Assembly (NCBI GenBank): GCA_046153645.1
Contig: JBJXGI010000010.1
Span: 1-39,824 of the forward strand
DNA from: Elusimicrobiota bacterium
GTDB lineage: Bacteria; Elusimicrobiota; Elusimicrobia; F11
Direction of reading: 5' to 3'
DNA length: 39,824 bases
Shown: one piece after another, positions 16,360 to 28,019 of the stretch
Layout of the letters: each line of letters opens with the position of its first letter
Position numbering within the stretch: position 1 is the first letter of the stretch
Program-made: the position numbers and the translations under genes
Notes under the pieces: generated by a model
Databases searched by the model: none
What the model saw: only the letters and a program-made list of their open reading frames with translations
Told to the model about the DNA's origin: nothing

Positions 16360-18336
16360 TTATTCGTCTTCCCCGCTTTCAGCTCTTAGTTTAGCCAAAA
16401 CTGAATAGTCTTCTAAAGTTGTCGTATCACCTATTGTCTCTTTTCCTTGAGCGATGTCTCTTAAAAGTCGTCGCATAATTTTCCCCGAACGTGTTTTTGG
16501 TAAGGTGTCAGTAAATCGAACTTCTTTGGGTTTGGCAATTGAGCCAATGGCTTTGCCCACATGTTCTTTAAGTTCCACTTTAAGCGCGTCCGAAGCTGTT
16601 TTAGATCCTGTCGCTTTTAATGTCACAAAAGCCACCACGGCCTCACCTGTGAGATCATCAGGCCGTCCTACCACCGCCGCTTCAGCCACAGAAAGATGAC
16701 TTACCAATGCCGACTCAATTTCGGCTGTGCCCAATCGGTGCCCTGAAACCTTAATAACATCATCTATTCGCCCCATGATCCAGAAATAACCATCTTTATC
16801 TTGATGGGCGCCATCTCCCGTAAAATAAGTATCTGAGACTCCTTTTTTGTTGGGTTTTATTTGCGACCAATATTGTTTTGTAAACCGCTCAGGGTCACCC
16901 CAAATGGTGCGCATCATATGAGGCCAAGGTTTTCGAATGACCAAAAACCCTCCATCACTGGTTGGCTCGCCGTTTTTGTCAACAATTTCAGGCGTAATAC
17001 CGGGGAGTGGGAAAGTGGCAGAGCCGGGTTTTGTCGCAGTAACACCTGGAAGAGGAGAGATAAGAATGCCTCCTGTTTCTGTTTGCCACCAAGTGTCAAC
17101 AATCGGGCAGCGACTTTGTCCAATATTTTTGTGATACCACATCCAAGCCTCAGGGTTAATGGGTTCTCCCACAGTTCCTAATAATCTTAAACTTGATAAA
17201 TCGTGTTTTTTTGGCCAATCTTCTCCCCATTTCATAAAGGCGCGAATAGCAGTGGGAGCGGTATAAAGAATATTAACTCGGTGTTTTGCAATAATTTCCC
17301 AAAACCGATCGGGTTGTGGAAAGTTGGGCGCTCCTTCATACATGAGTATCGTGGCTCCATTTGATAAGGGGCCGTAAACCACGTAAGTATGCCCGGTCAC
17401 CCAGCCAATATCAGCAGTACACCAATAAACATCTTCGTCTTTTAAATCAAAAACATATTTAGAGGTATAAGTTGCCCCTAGTAAATAGCCAGCGGTCGAA
17501 TGCAAGATTCCTTTTGGTTTGCCAGTTGACCCAGAGGTATAAAGAATAAAAAGAGGATGCTCTGAGTCCATCGGTTCTGCTTTACATTCACTGGAGGCCT
17601 TCTTGATGAGTTCATGCCACCAGAAATCTCTTCCGGCTTGCATATGAATGAGTTGTTTGGTTCTCTGACAAACAATGACGTTTTGAACACTGGGCGTTTG
17701 TTTCAAGGCTTCATCAACGGCGTCTTTTAAATTAACGGTAGTGCCTCTTCTAAAACCACCGTCAGCGGTAATAACCATCAGCGCTTGCATGTCATTGATG
17801 CGATCGATAAGCGCTTGCGCACTAAACCCTCCGAATACGACCGAGTGAGTCACTCCCATGCGAGCGCAGGCCAACATAGCAATCGGGAGCTCTGGAATCA
17901 TGGGCATATAAATAATAACGCGGTCACCTTTTTTGAGGCCTCGTTCTTTTAACACATTGGCGAATTGGCACACTTCTTTGTGGAGCTGATCATAGGTATA
18001 GGTTCTGTTTTCTCCAGGTTCTCCTTCCCAGATGAGTGCTGCTTTGTTACGACGGTGGGTTTCTAAATGACGATCTAAACAATTATAAGAGGCATTGAGC
18101 CGTCCGCCCAAAAACCATTTTGCGAAGGGGGGCGTCCACTGTAAGATCTTTTTCCAAGGTTTGGCCCAATGCAGTTGTTCTTTGGCTTGTGTTGCCCAAA
18201 ATTTCTCTGGGTTTTTGGCCGCTTGTCGATAAATTTTTTGATATTCCTTGAGGCTTTTTATGTGGGCTTTTTTTGAAAATTCAGGTCTCGGAGGGAAAAA
18301 TCGTTTTTCTTTTAAGATGGATGTTATTTCAGGCAT
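16360..18336 (-). CDS. acs: Acetate--CoA ligase
   Basis: [42 protein letters not shown]. The start is placed at the ATG at 18336, which has a GGAGG SD (the ORF track starts at 18357). Confidence 0.97.
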   Translation of the reverse strand: MPEITSILKEKRFFPPRPEFSKKAHIKSLKEYQKIYRQAAKNPEKFWATQAKEQLHWAKPWKKILQWTPPFAKWFLGGRLNASYNCLDRHLETHRRNKAALIWEGEPGENRTYTYDQLHKEVCQFANVLKERGLKKGDRVIIYMPMIPELPIAMLACARMGVTHSVVFGGFSAQALIDRINDMQALMVITADGGFRRGTTVNLKDAVDEALKQTPSVQNVIVCQRTKQLIHMQAGRDFWWHELIKKASSECKAEPMDSEHPLFILYTSGSTGKPKGILHSTAGYLLGATYTSKYVFDLKDEDVYWCTADIGWVTGHTYVVYGPLSNGATILMYEGAPNFPQPDRFWEIIAKHRVNILYTAPTAIRAFMKWGEDWPKKHDLSSLRLLGTVGEPINPEAWMWYHKNIGQSRCPIVDTWWQTETGGILISPLPGVTATKPGSATFPLPGITPEIVDKNGEPTSDGGFLVIRKPWPHMMRTIWGDPERFTKQYWSQIKPNKKGVSDTYFTGDGAHQDKDGYFWIMGRIDDVIKVSGHRLGTAEIESALVSHLSVAEAAVVGRPDDLTGEAVVAFVTLKATGSKTASDALKVELKEHVGKAIGSIAKPKEVRFTDTLPKTRSGKIMRRLLRDIAQGKETIGDTTTLEDYSVLAKLRAESGEDE

Positions 18337-18637
18337 GAAGTCCTCCGCCATGTTCATATATTACTTTCATATCTTTTTTAATAAATTTAATAATGTAAGG
18401 GCTTATGGCAGCTTCCGATTGCAAATCAACTTTTCTTTTAAATGCTCTGGATAATCTTCTTTCTAAGGCAACGAATTTTAACAAGCTTTTTTCTTTAGAA
18501 AACTCGATTAATATATCGATGTCACTCTTAGCGTTATCTTCACCTCTGGAAACTGATCCAAAAATACTGGCCTTAGAAACATCATTTTTTTTAAAAAGCT
18601 TGGTTATTGTTTTTGATTTTAATCTTTTTAAATTCAT
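18329..18637 (-). CDS. Minimal nucleotidyltransferase (MntA-type antitoxin)
   Basis: FGSVSRGE....SDIDIL (GSx10DxD) and RKVDL; first ATG at 18637. Confidence 0.85.
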   Translation of the reverse strand: MNLKRLKSKTITKLFKKNDVSKASIFGSVSRGEDNAKSDIDILIEFSKEKSLLKFVALERRLSRAFKRKVDLQSEAAISPYIIKFIKKDMKVIYEHGGGLHA

Positions 18638-18721
18638 TTTTTGATTATACAAACTCTTTCACTAAAATCTTCGGTGTAAATCGTTTGTGGGTGAAGGTAG
18701 AATCGGACCTAAAAACAGACC

Positions 18722-18750
18722 TTGTAAAATAGAAGTGATACTTCTAAAAT
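18722..18750 (+). promoter_or_regulatory. Sigma70 promoter with a spacer operator, probably giving a leaderless mRNA
   Basis: TTGTAA-17 bp-TAAAAT, then 6 nt to the ATG. Inverted repeat TAGAAGT-gat-ACTTCTA at 18730-18746. Confidence 0.6.
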
Positions 18751-18756
18751 ACACAT

Positions 18757-19938
18757 ATGTTTGAAAGGCACTTTTCTGATCTCCTTTTTAAAAAGCTAAA
18801 ACGCTTTCCTGTGGTGACCATATTGGGTCCGCGGCAATGTGGTAAAACGACATTCATCCGCAACGTTTTGCCAAAGTGGTCTTATTTGGACATGGAAAAA
18901 CCATCTGACTTTGTGCCGTTCTCACAGGATCCTGAGGCTCGTATTAACCAATTGGACTCCCATGTCATTCTGGATGAGGCGCAACGCTTGCCTGAGCTAT
19001 TTCCGATTCTTCGGAGCGTGATTGACGGGAGTCGAACCAAAAAAGGACGATTTGTTCTTTTGGGATCAGCCTCTCCAACTTTGGTCCGCCATATCTCTGA
19101 AAGTCTTGCTGGTCGGACTACGTTTTTGGATTTGACTCCATTTCGTTGGGACGAGATTACTGGCAAAAGTCACAATTTGGAATTGAATACGTTATGGTAT
19201 CGGGGGGGATTTCCGCATCCCTTCTTAGAGAAAAATAACGCTGGACGCGTGGATTGGTTTGAGTCTTATACACGCACGTTTATCGAACGGGATTTAACAT
19301 CTTTAGGTCTTGACGTGTCGGCGGTTCAGATGAGGAAGCTCTGGACGATGCTGGCTCATTTCAATGGAGCTATCTGGAACGCTTCGAATTTAGCTGCATC
19401 TATGGGAACAAGTTATCACACGGTGAATCGTTATACGGACATTCTTGAGCAGACTTTTTTGATCCGAAAGCTGCTTCCGTACTTCTTTAATCTTGGAAAA
19501 CGCATTATCAAAAGTCCCAAGGTGTATTTTCGAGATACAGGTCTCCTACACTATTTTCTAGGAATCCGGGATTTAAAGACTCTGGATAACCACCCGTCCC
19601 GAGGGGCCAGCTGGGAAGCTTTTCTTGTGGAGCACGTCATTTCGGGATTTCAATTGGCTGAGCCTGGTACGCAGGCGTACTATTGGCGGACAGCATCCGG
19701 TGTTGAGGTTGATTTATTGATTGAGCGGGGAAATCGGATTATCCCTTTCGAAATTAAGCTTCACTCGTCTCCAACGCGAAATGATGTTCGAGGACTGGTT
19801 ACATGTATGAAAGATTTAAAATTAAAAAAAGGATATGTGCTTTACCCCGGAGCAAATAACTATTCGTTAGGAGAAGGAATCACCGCTTTGTCGGCCGATA
19901 AAGTTTTGTGTGATTTGAAGCAGCTGACAGTCTTGTGA
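18757..19938 (+). CDS. AAA+ ATPase (AAA_14) with wHTH and DUF4143/PD-(D/E)XK C-terminus
   Basis: Walker A GPRQCGKT, Walker B ILDEAQ, LLGS, GGFP, KSPKVYF.DTGL, EVDLL...FEIK. Confidence 0.9.
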   Translation: MFERHFSDLLFKKLKRFPVVTILGPRQCGKTTFIRNVLPKWSYLDMEKPSDFVPFSQDPEARINQLDSHVILDEAQRLPELFPILRSVIDGSRTKKGRFVLLGSASPTLVRHISESLAGRTTFLDLTPFRWDEITGKSHNLELNTLWYRGGFPHPFLEKNNAGRVDWFESYTRTFIERDLTSLGLDVSAVQMRKLWTMLAHFNGAIWNASNLAASMGTSYHTVNRYTDILEQTFLIRKLLPYFFNLGKRIIKSPKVYFRDTGLLHYFLGIRDLKTLDNHPSRGASWEAFLVEHVISGFQLAEPGTQAYYWRTASGVEVDLLIERGNRIIPFEIKLHSSPTRNDVRGLVTCMKDLKLKKGYVLYPGANNYSLGEGITALSADKVLCDLKQLTVL

Positions 19939-19949
19939 GTGAAAATAAA

Positions 19950-20348
19950 TTAAATAAGAGCTTTATAAATTGTTTGAATGGCGCTGGCAAAACAAAATAC
20001 ACCAATGGCTGTTACTATGGCCAATGCTGTTGCCCTCCCAATGGTTTCTAAGGTTTTTTTCTTGTTTCTGTGGGAATCCATATCATCTAAAGAGGGAAAG
20101 GGCGGTAAATCTTTGGGAATCATCATGTTAAAGTCATTGGGATCTCCAATGAGATCTTTTTTGGAAGTTGAAGTTTTTAATTGCATCTCGAGTTCTAATT
20201 GTTGAAAGCGTTCTCGAAACCGGGCTTCTAGGACCATTAAATCCATGGCCACCGAGCTATTGTCAGGGAGCAAGTGACGTGATATTTCTTCTAGTTCCCG
20301 TAAGAGATCTTCATAAGCGATAGGACTTCTTCGTTTTAACCCGTACAT
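19950..20348 (-). CDS. Hypothetical protein with a C-terminal TM helix
   Basis: GGGAGG SD, 132-aa ORF, hydrophobic C-terminal segment. Confidence 0.55.
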   Translation of the reverse strand: MYGLKRRSPIAYEDLLRELEEISRHLLPDNSSVAMDLMVLEARFRERFQQLELEMQLKTSTSKKDLIGDPNDFNMMIPKDLPPFPSLDDMDSHRNKKKTLETIGRATALAIVTAIGVFCFASAIQTIYKALI

Positions 20349-20525
20349 AACGTCCTCCCTTTGCTTCGATACCCAATGCTAGCTGTGGTATGTGAAGATC
20401 AGGTGACAGTCACGGGATAAAGGGGAGAAAAATGGGATTTTTAAAAACGATCTTAAAAATCAACATAAATATCAATAGAGTAATTAAACCTTAAGAATGA
20501 ACTGGGGTATTTTCGGTTTTTAGGC

Positions 20526-21122
20526 CTAAGATCGGTCGTCTTCGGGTGAGCGGTTTTCTAAATGATCTAAGGTTTCTAGGCTGAGTCGTTTAACCTCATC
20601 ATCCGGGTCTTGAGTCAGTTTTTTAAGGCTGGCCCGCACTTCAGGAGTGTTAACGCCTATTTGATCAATAGCGTAAATTATCTCTTGCCTGACCAGAGGG
20701 TGAGAGTCAGTCAAATGTATTAATAGGCTTCCCAATGCCTGTTCAGCTTGAGAGCCTAAACGACCGAGAGTTTGAATAGACCCTATTTTTAGCAAGACAT
20801 CATTGGTGTTAAGACACTGAAGTAATTCTGGAATAACCAAAGGACCAATAGAAACAAGAGCCTCCGAAGCACGATTGGCCAAAAGAGTATCTGGATTATT
20901 AAGGAGGTTTATAAATTGAGGAATTAATTCTTTCTTTTTAACTTCTGAACATTGTTGAAGCTTTATTAATGCTTTTGTTCTCACTTTGGAATCATTAGAA
21001 AGAACCCTTTTATAAATAGGAACAAAGTATTGGCAAGAACTCAAAATACAGATGAATAATAAAAAACCGATTATTCGGTTGAGAGAGAAATTTTTATATT
21101 TCAAAATTTTTATCAGATTCAT
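20526..21122 (-). CDS. HEAT-repeat (PBS-lyase-like) lipoprotein
   Basis: Lipobox ILSSC after a hydrophobic stretch; repeated L.D....VR..A..AL..IG units; start uncertain. Confidence 0.7.
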   Translation of the reverse strand: MNLIKILKYKNFSLNRIIGFLLFICILSSCQYFVPIYKRVLSNDSKVRTKALIKLQQCSEVKKKELIPQFINLLNNPDTLLANRASEALVSIGPLVIPELLQCLNTNDVLLKIGSIQTLGRLGSQAEQALGSLLIHLTDSHPLVRQEIIYAIDQIGVNTPEVRASLKKLTQDPDDEVKRLSLETLDHLENRSPEDDRS

Positions 21123-21153
21123 TTGACACGCATTTAACCAATTTTTGTACAAT
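21123..21153 (+). promoter_or_regulatory. Possible atp operon promoter
   Basis: TTGACA ... TACAAT, but the spacer is a non-optimal 19 bp. Confidence 0.35.
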
Positions 21154-21201
21154 CGTGCCCGATCTTAAAGGCCTTTAGGGGCCAAGATATGTCTAAAGTT
21201 T

Positions 21202-21471
21202 TTGGAGTTGGCTGTCGAACCTCCCCAGAAAAATCAAGATTCCTCGACGAAAAAGTCACATATAATAGATTCTAAACAACAAGCGCGGTCTGCGTGGGGT
21301 AACTCTTCAGAAGGCCTTCAGTTGTTTGTTACTTTAATATTGGGCGTATTCGCAGGATATTATCTGGATTCCCGGTTTCATACAGGGCCCTGGTTCACTG
21401 TCATAGGTTCCATTTTAGGTATTATTGCTGGTCTATATAACCTCATTAAAAGATTTTCGAAAATAAAATGA
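21202..21471 (+). CDS. AtpZ/AtpI (ATPase gene 1) family protein
   Basis: GYYLD..F.T.PWF..IG..LG motif; first gene of the atp operon; start uncertain. Confidence 0.8.
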   Translation: MELAVEPPQKNQDSSTKKSHIIDSKQQARSAWGNSSEGLQLFVTLILGVFAGYYLDSRFHTGPWFTVIGSILGIIAGLYNLIKRFSKIK

Positions 21472-21836
21472 CAAAAAAGTTGTTCTGGGGATTGTGGCTT
21501 CCTTTATTGGGGGCGTTTTTGTTTGTGCTGGCGGTGTTTATCGTAAAGCCATCTCCTTCAGTTCGCGCTGGTCTTTTTTTGGGTTTATTGATCGCTTTTG
21601 TGCAGGCGGCCCTTTCCACTGGGGCGATGGTGTGGGCGTGGAATAAAAAAAGTTTTTATTGGGTTTGGATGAGTGGTTTTTTATTTCGTTTGTTGGTTTT
21701 TTCGATCACCGCTTATTTCGTTTTTCAATCGCAGCGATTTCATGTTGTTGCAACATTATTAACTTTGGTTATGGCCACCATGTTTTTTATGGTGATAGAG
21801 TCGAGAGTTTTTTGGGAACTTAAGAAGGCAGCGTAA
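21468..21836 (+). CDS. ATP synthase protein I-like membrane protein
   Basis: Four TM helices, G.L.R motif, position directly before atpB. Confidence 0.65.
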   Translation: MTKKLFWGLWLPLLGAFLFVLAVFIVKPSPSVRAGLFLGLLIAFVQAALSTGAMVWAWNKKSFYWVWMSGFLFRLLVFSITAYFVFQSQRFHVVATLLTLVMATMFFMVIESRVFWELKKAA

Positions 21837-22594
21837 TGGATTTTTTACACGTTTTAGAACATCATCTGATAGATCAAAAATGGGGAACTCTCCAATTGGG
21901 TTCTTTGGCGATTCCTTTTTCCAAGCATGCTTTTCTTCTTTGTTCCTCAGCTGTTCTTTTGACAGCTGTTATTCCTTTGTTGGCTCGTCGATGGCAAACA
22001 GCACATGCGGCGAGTTATGTTCCAAGCGGTTCTCGCGGCCTTTTAGAAATTTTTGTGATGTTTATTCGAGATCAAATTGTTATTCCTAATATGGGACATG
22101 AAGGCCTCAAGTACCTCCCTTACTTTTTAACGCTCTTCTTTTTTATTTTAACCTCCAATCTCATCGGACTTATTCCTGGTTCAGCCACTGCCACTGGTAA
22201 TATTTCAGTCACCGCGGCTTTAGCTGTTTGCACCTTATTATTAATGAATTTCGCTGGAATTCGCGAACATGGGTTCATTCATCATGTAAAAAACTTTGTA
22301 CCCCATGGCGTTCCGGGCTGGTTGGCACCTTTGGTGTTCCCCTTAGAAGTCATTGGAATGTTTGCTAAAGCTTTTGCCTTAACAGTTCGTTTGTTTGCCA
22401 ATATGATTGCAGGACACATTGTCATATTGGCTTTTTTATCGCTTATTTTTTTAGTGGGAGGGGTGATGATTATTCCTTCCGTTGCCTTGGCATTGGCGAT
22501 GATGATGTTGGAACTCTTCGTGTGCTTTGTTCAGGCGTTTATTTTCACTTTTTTGACATCAATCTTTGTGGGGTCGACTTTACATCCTCACTAA
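21836..22594 (+). CDS. atpB: ATP synthase F0 subunit a
   Basis: ALTVRLFANMIAGH, NLIGLIP, VQAFIF. Confidence 0.97.
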   Translation: MDFLHVLEHHLIDQKWGTLQLGSLAIPFSKHAFLLCSSAVLLTAVIPLLARRWQTAHAASYVPSGSRGLLEIFVMFIRDQIVIPNMGHEGLKYLPYFLTLFFFILTSNLIGLIPGSATATGNISVTAALAVCTLLLMNFAGIREHGFIHHVKNFVPHGVPGWLAPLVFPLEVIGMFAKAFALTVRLFANMIAGHIVILAFLSLIFLVGGVMIIPSVALALAMMMLELFVCFVQAFIFTFLTSIFVGSTLHPH

Positions 22595-22613
22595 TATATG
22601 AAGGAGAATTAAA

Positions 22614-22916
22614 ATGGTTAATGAAATGTTGTACTTAGGTCTGGGATATCTGGCGGCTGGTTTTGGCGCTGGACTTTGCGTTTTTGGTGCTGCTTCAAGC
22701 ATCTCTCGCGTCGCAGCGGCTGCTCTTGAAGGAACAGCTCGTCAGCCTGAAGCCGCCGGTGATTTACGAACATCGATGTTACTTCCTTCGGCTTTCATTG
22801 AAGGGTTGGGTCTTTTCGGAATCGTGGTTTGCTTGCTTGTTGCGATGAACTTCGGATTGAAACCAACACCAAATGCTGGTCATTCCGCTGCTGCTGCAAC
22901 TCAAGCTGCTCACTAA
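22614..22916 (+). CDS. atpE: ATP synthase F0 subunit c
   Basis: RQPE loop, essential Glu in FIEG, AAGGAG SD. Confidence 0.95.
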   Translation: MVNEMLYLGLGYLAAGFGAGLCVFGAASSISRVAAAALEGTARQPEAAGDLRTSMLLPSAFIEGLGLFGIVVCLLVAMNFGLKPTPNAGHSAAAATQAAH

Positions 22917-22927
22917 TTAATAATAAC

Positions 22928-23038
22928 CGTCGTCCTACTGGCCGTCATCCCCGAATGTTTTTGTCGGGGATCTAGCTTGAGAATAGTAGATTCCCGATAG
23001 AGACATTCGGGAATGACAGTCAAAGATCCAGGATGACG
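22928..23038. repeat. GTCATYCC...GGRATGAC-type long palindromic element (REP/MITE-like)
   Basis: 31-bp arms at 22944-22974 and 22987-23017 (5 mismatches), nested within outer CGTCGTCCT/AGGATGACG arms. Confidence 0.75.
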
Positions 23039-23071
23039 AGTTAGAAAGATTGTTCGAAAAGGGTTGGTATT

Positions 23072-23572
23072 ATGGAAAAACTACTTCAGCCAGACACAGG
23101 ACTTATGATATGGACTATTGTCACTTTTGGCTTGTTGCTGCTCGCGCTTACAAAATTTGCTTGGAAACCGATTCTTGATGCCATTAATCAAAGAGAAGGA
23201 AAACTAAAGGGTGATTTAGATCGCGCTGAAAAAGCACAAAATGAGGCTGAGCTTTTAAGACAAAAATACGAAACACAATTATCTGAAGCTCAGAAAACCA
23301 TTCAGTCTATGGTCACTCAAGCCAAAGCAGATGGTGAAAAAGTTCGGATCGATCTCCTTCATCAGGCCAAAGAAGAATCTGAAAAGCTTGTTGAGCGGGG
23401 GCGTAAGGAATTGGCAGGTGAAACAGATAAGTTAAAAACAGAACTTCGCAAAGAAGTGGCTGAGCTTTCTGTTTCAATTGCTGAAAAAATCTTAAAGCGT
23501 TCCGTTGATAAAAAACTCCAAGAAGATGTGTTGTCTGAGTCTTTGAAAAGTTTATCTGGAGTTCAAAAATGA
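23072..23572 (+). CDS. atpF: ATP synthase F0 subunit b
   Basis: N-terminal TM, KFAWKPI....QRE, long coiled coil. Confidence 0.95.
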   Translation: MEKLLQPDTGLMIWTIVTFGLLLLALTKFAWKPILDAINQREGKLKGDLDRAEKAQNEAELLRQKYETQLSEAQKTIQSMVTQAKADGEKVRIDLLHQAKEESEKLVERGRKELAGETDKLKTELRKEVAELSVSIAEKILKRSVDKKLQEDVLSESLKSLSGVQK

Positions 23573-24105
23573 GAAACCCAACTGTTTCTAAACGTTATGC
23601 GAAAGCGTTGTTTGAACTGGCAACAATCAATAAAGCACTTGATGATGTGTTGTTGGGGTTTGGCAATCTGGTTTTTTCCATAAAAGAATCTAAAGATTTT
23701 GCAAAAATTCTTGCGAATCCTTTGGTTAAGACCGATGATAAAATTAAATTGGTTGTATCTATTACCAGTAATAAAATGGTCATGAAGCTTGTGGAAATTC
23801 TAAGCAAACGTCATCGACTTGTTTTACTTATGGAAATTTACGAACAATTAAAAAAGATCACTGATGATTCCAATGGAATTCATCACGCCTTCATCAAATC
23901 CGCGGTCACGCTTAGTGGTGATGAAAAAGTACGTGTTGAACAAAAATTGAAAGAAGTATTTGGTGGCAAAGTGGTGGGGCAGTTCCATGTGGATCAAGAA
24001 CTTATTGGTGGTATCTGGATTGAATCTGCTGGAAAAGTTTTAGATGCAACAGTGAAAGGACGTATCGACACATTTAGACACGCGCTCTTACATAGCGCAA
24101 ATTAA
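23569..24105 (+). CDS. atpH: ATP synthase F1 delta
   Basis: KRYAKALF, VD.ELIGG, LDATV. Confidence 0.93.
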   Translation: MRNPTVSKRYAKALFELATINKALDDVLLGFGNLVFSIKESKDFAKILANPLVKTDDKIKLVVSITSNKMVMKLVEILSKRHRLVLLMEIYEQLKKITDDSNGIHHAFIKSAVTLSGDEKVRVEQKLKEVFGGKVVGQFHVDQELIGGIWIESAGKVLDATVKGRIDTFRHALLHSAN

Positions 24106-24129
24106 TGACGTTATTGACGAGGAATTTTT

Positions 24130-25647
24130 ATGACAATTCGCCCAGAAGAAATTACAAGTGCTATTAAAAAGCAAATTCAAGATTTGGATGTAAAAACAGA
24201 ACTTCAAGAAGTCGGTTATGTTCTTCAAATCGGAGATGGAATTGCTAGAGTTTATGGTCTTGAATCCGCTTTGAATGGAGAACTCTTGGAGTTTCCTCAA
24301 CAAACCTATGGAATGGTTTTAAATCTAGAGCATGATTCAGTGGGTGTGGCTCTCATGGGGTCTTTTAATCATATTAAAGAAGGAGACCTGGTTAAAAGAA
24401 CCAAAAGAATTATGGAAGTGCCCGTTGGTCCGGAACTGATTGGGCGTGTTGTAAATCCTCTGGGACAACCTATTGATGGAAAAGGTCCCATCAAAACATC
24501 CAAAACGCGGCCTGTTGAAATTATTGCTTCTGGTGTGGTGGCTCGACAATCTGTACGTGAACCTCTTCAAACAGGAATCAAAGCTGTTGACAGTATGATT
24601 CCGATTGGTCGGGGACAGCGAGAACTCATTATTGGGGATCGTCAAACTGGGAAAACGGCCATTGCCATTGATACCATTATTAATCAGAAAGATGTGAAAG
24701 ACCGCCCCATTTGTATTTATGTGGCCATTGGTCAAAAACAGTCAACAGTTGCTTCGGTTGTGCAAACCTTAACAGATAAAGGAGCGATGGATTACACCAT
24801 TGTTGTCGCTGCTACCGCCGCTGAACAAGCGCCTCTACAGTATTTGGCTCCTTATTCTGGTGTAGCAATGGGAGAAGAGTTCACTTGGAATGGAAAGCAT
24901 GTTCTTTGTGTGTATGACGATTTATCCAAGCATGCGCAAGCCTATCGCCAAATGTCACTTCTCATTCGTCGCCCTCCTGGGCGCGAAGCGTATCCTGGAG
25001 ATGTTTTTTATCTCCATTCTCGATTGTTGGAGCGCGCCTGTAAGCTTTCGAAAGAATTGGGTGGAGGATCTCTCACCGCGCTTCCTATTATTGAAACACA
25101 AGCGGGTGACGTTTCTGCTTTTATTCCAACCAACGTTATTTCTATTACCGATGGGCAAATTTATTTAGAAAGCAGTCTTTTTTATTCTGGCGTGAGACCT
25201 GCTGTCAACGTCGGCCTTTCTGTTTCTCGTGTGGGAGGGAGCGCTCAGATTAAAGCCATGCGCCAAGTGTCCGGGCAATTGAGATTAGACTTGGCTCAAT
25301 ACAACGAACTGGCTGCGTTTGCGCAATTTGCCTCAGAACTCGATAAAACATCGCAGCAAAAATTGGCTCGGGGACAAAGAATGGTAGAACTCTTAAAACA
25401 AGGTCAATATGTTCCGATGGACGTTGCTAAACAAGTGGTCAGTGTATTTGCTGGAGTTAAAGGGTTCTTGGATGATATCCCTGTTAATAAAGTGGGCGCT
25501 TTTGAATTGGGACTCCTTGATTATATTCAAAGCAAAACACCAAAAGTTTACGACGAAATTCGCTCAGGTGAAAAAATGAGTGATGCACTTCTCAATCAAA
25601 TAACTGATCTTATTAAAGAATTCAAAACTGGATTTATAGCGAAATAA
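24130..25647 (+). CDS. atpA: ATP synthase F1 alpha
   Basis: [32 protein letters not shown]. Confidence 0.99.
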   Translation: MTIRPEEITSAIKKQIQDLDVKTELQEVGYVLQIGDGIARVYGLESALNGELLEFPQQTYGMVLNLEHDSVGVALMGSFNHIKEGDLVKRTKRIMEVPVGPELIGRVVNPLGQPIDGKGPIKTSKTRPVEIIASGVVARQSVREPLQTGIKAVDSMIPIGRGQRELIIGDRQTGKTAIAIDTIINQKDVKDRPICIYVAIGQKQSTVASVVQTLTDKGAMDYTIVVAATAAEQAPLQYLAPYSGVAMGEEFTWNGKHVLCVYDDLSKHAQAYRQMSLLIRRPPGREAYPGDVFYLHSRLLERACKLSKELGGGSLTALPIIETQAGDVSAFIPTNVISITDGQIYLESSLFYSGVRPAVNVGLSVSRVGGSAQIKAMRQVSGQLRLDLAQYNELAAFAQFASELDKTSQQKLARGQRMVELLKQGQYVPMDVAKQVVSVFAGVKGFLDDIPVNKVGAFELGLLDYIQSKTPKVYDEIRSGEKMSDALLNQITDLIKEFKTGFIAK

Positions 25648-25650
25648 ACC

Positions 25651-26526
25651 ATGGCTTCTCTTCGAGAACTTAGACGAAAAGTTAAATCTGTTAAATCAAC
25701 TCAGCAGATTACCAAGGCCATGAAATTGGTAGCGGCAGCTCGCCTCAACCGGGCGCAAGAAAAGATTATTGCGGCCCGTCCCTTCGCGGCCAAACTTGAA
25801 CAACTTCTTCAAGAGTTGGCTTATATAGAACTTCATAACGATACGCCTGAAACAAAATTAGATCATCCTTTTTTAAAAGAGCGAACCGGAAAAAGAATTG
25901 ATTTGGTTATGGTGACGGCCGATAGAGGATTGTGTGGTGGTTTTAATGCCAACTTAATGCGTCGGGGTCTCCAATTTATTCGCGAAAATTCAGATTCTGA
26001 TATTCATCTTTGGCTCATTGGTAAAAAAGGGCGTGATTTTTTTCGTCGATTTAAAATGAATATTGAAAATGAATACATCAATATTTTTCAACGTCTTTCT
26101 TACACCCAGGCAGAAGTTATTGGAAAAGATTTAATCGATGCATTTTTGAAAACACAGACTCGATCGATTACTATTCTTTACAATGAATTTAAATCTCGTA
26201 TTCAACAGAAGTTAACTTTAAAACAATTACTTCCTATCACTGAAATGCCTGAAACCAAACCGGAAATTGATTTTATTTATGAACCGGATCAAAAAGGGAT
26301 TGTAGAAGAACTGATGCCTCGTTTTGTAAAAGCGCAGATTTATCGAGTTTTATTGGAATCGCAATCGGCAGAATTGGCTGCACGAATGGCTGCCATGGAT
26401 TCAGCAACGAAAAATGCCAAAGAATTGATCGGTTCTTTAACGCTGACAATGAATAAAGTAAGACAAGCGGCGATCACCAAAGAAATTTCAGAGATTGTAG
26501 GCGGTGCGGAAGCGCTGCAGAATTAG
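25651..26526 (+). CDS. atpG: ATP synthase F1 gamma
   Basis: ITKAMKLVAAA, DRGLCGGFN, RQAAITKEISEIVGGA. Confidence 0.98.
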   Translation: MASLRELRRKVKSVKSTQQITKAMKLVAAARLNRAQEKIIAARPFAAKLEQLLQELAYIELHNDTPETKLDHPFLKERTGKRIDLVMVTADRGLCGGFNANLMRRGLQFIRENSDSDIHLWLIGKKGRDFFRRFKMNIENEYINIFQRLSYTQAEVIGKDLIDAFLKTQTRSITILYNEFKSRIQQKLTLKQLLPITEMPETKPEIDFIYEPDQKGIVEELMPRFVKAQIYRVLLESQSAELAARMAAMDSATKNAKELIGSLTLTMNKVRQAAITKEISEIVGGAEALQN

Positions 26527-26528
26527 CT

Positions 26529-28011
<1,483 letters not shown>

Positions 28012-28019
28012 TTTTTTTT

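Noticed and set aside
21166..21177. 12-bp palindrome TAAAGGCCTTTA upstream of the atp operon
   Set aside because: It is a single short palindrome with no second copy or identifiable regulator, and may be chance.
22928..23038. Possible tRNA, CRISPR unit or intact IS
   Set aside because: No cloverleaf or T-loop, no repeat-spacer periodicity and no transposase. It is one nested palindrome.
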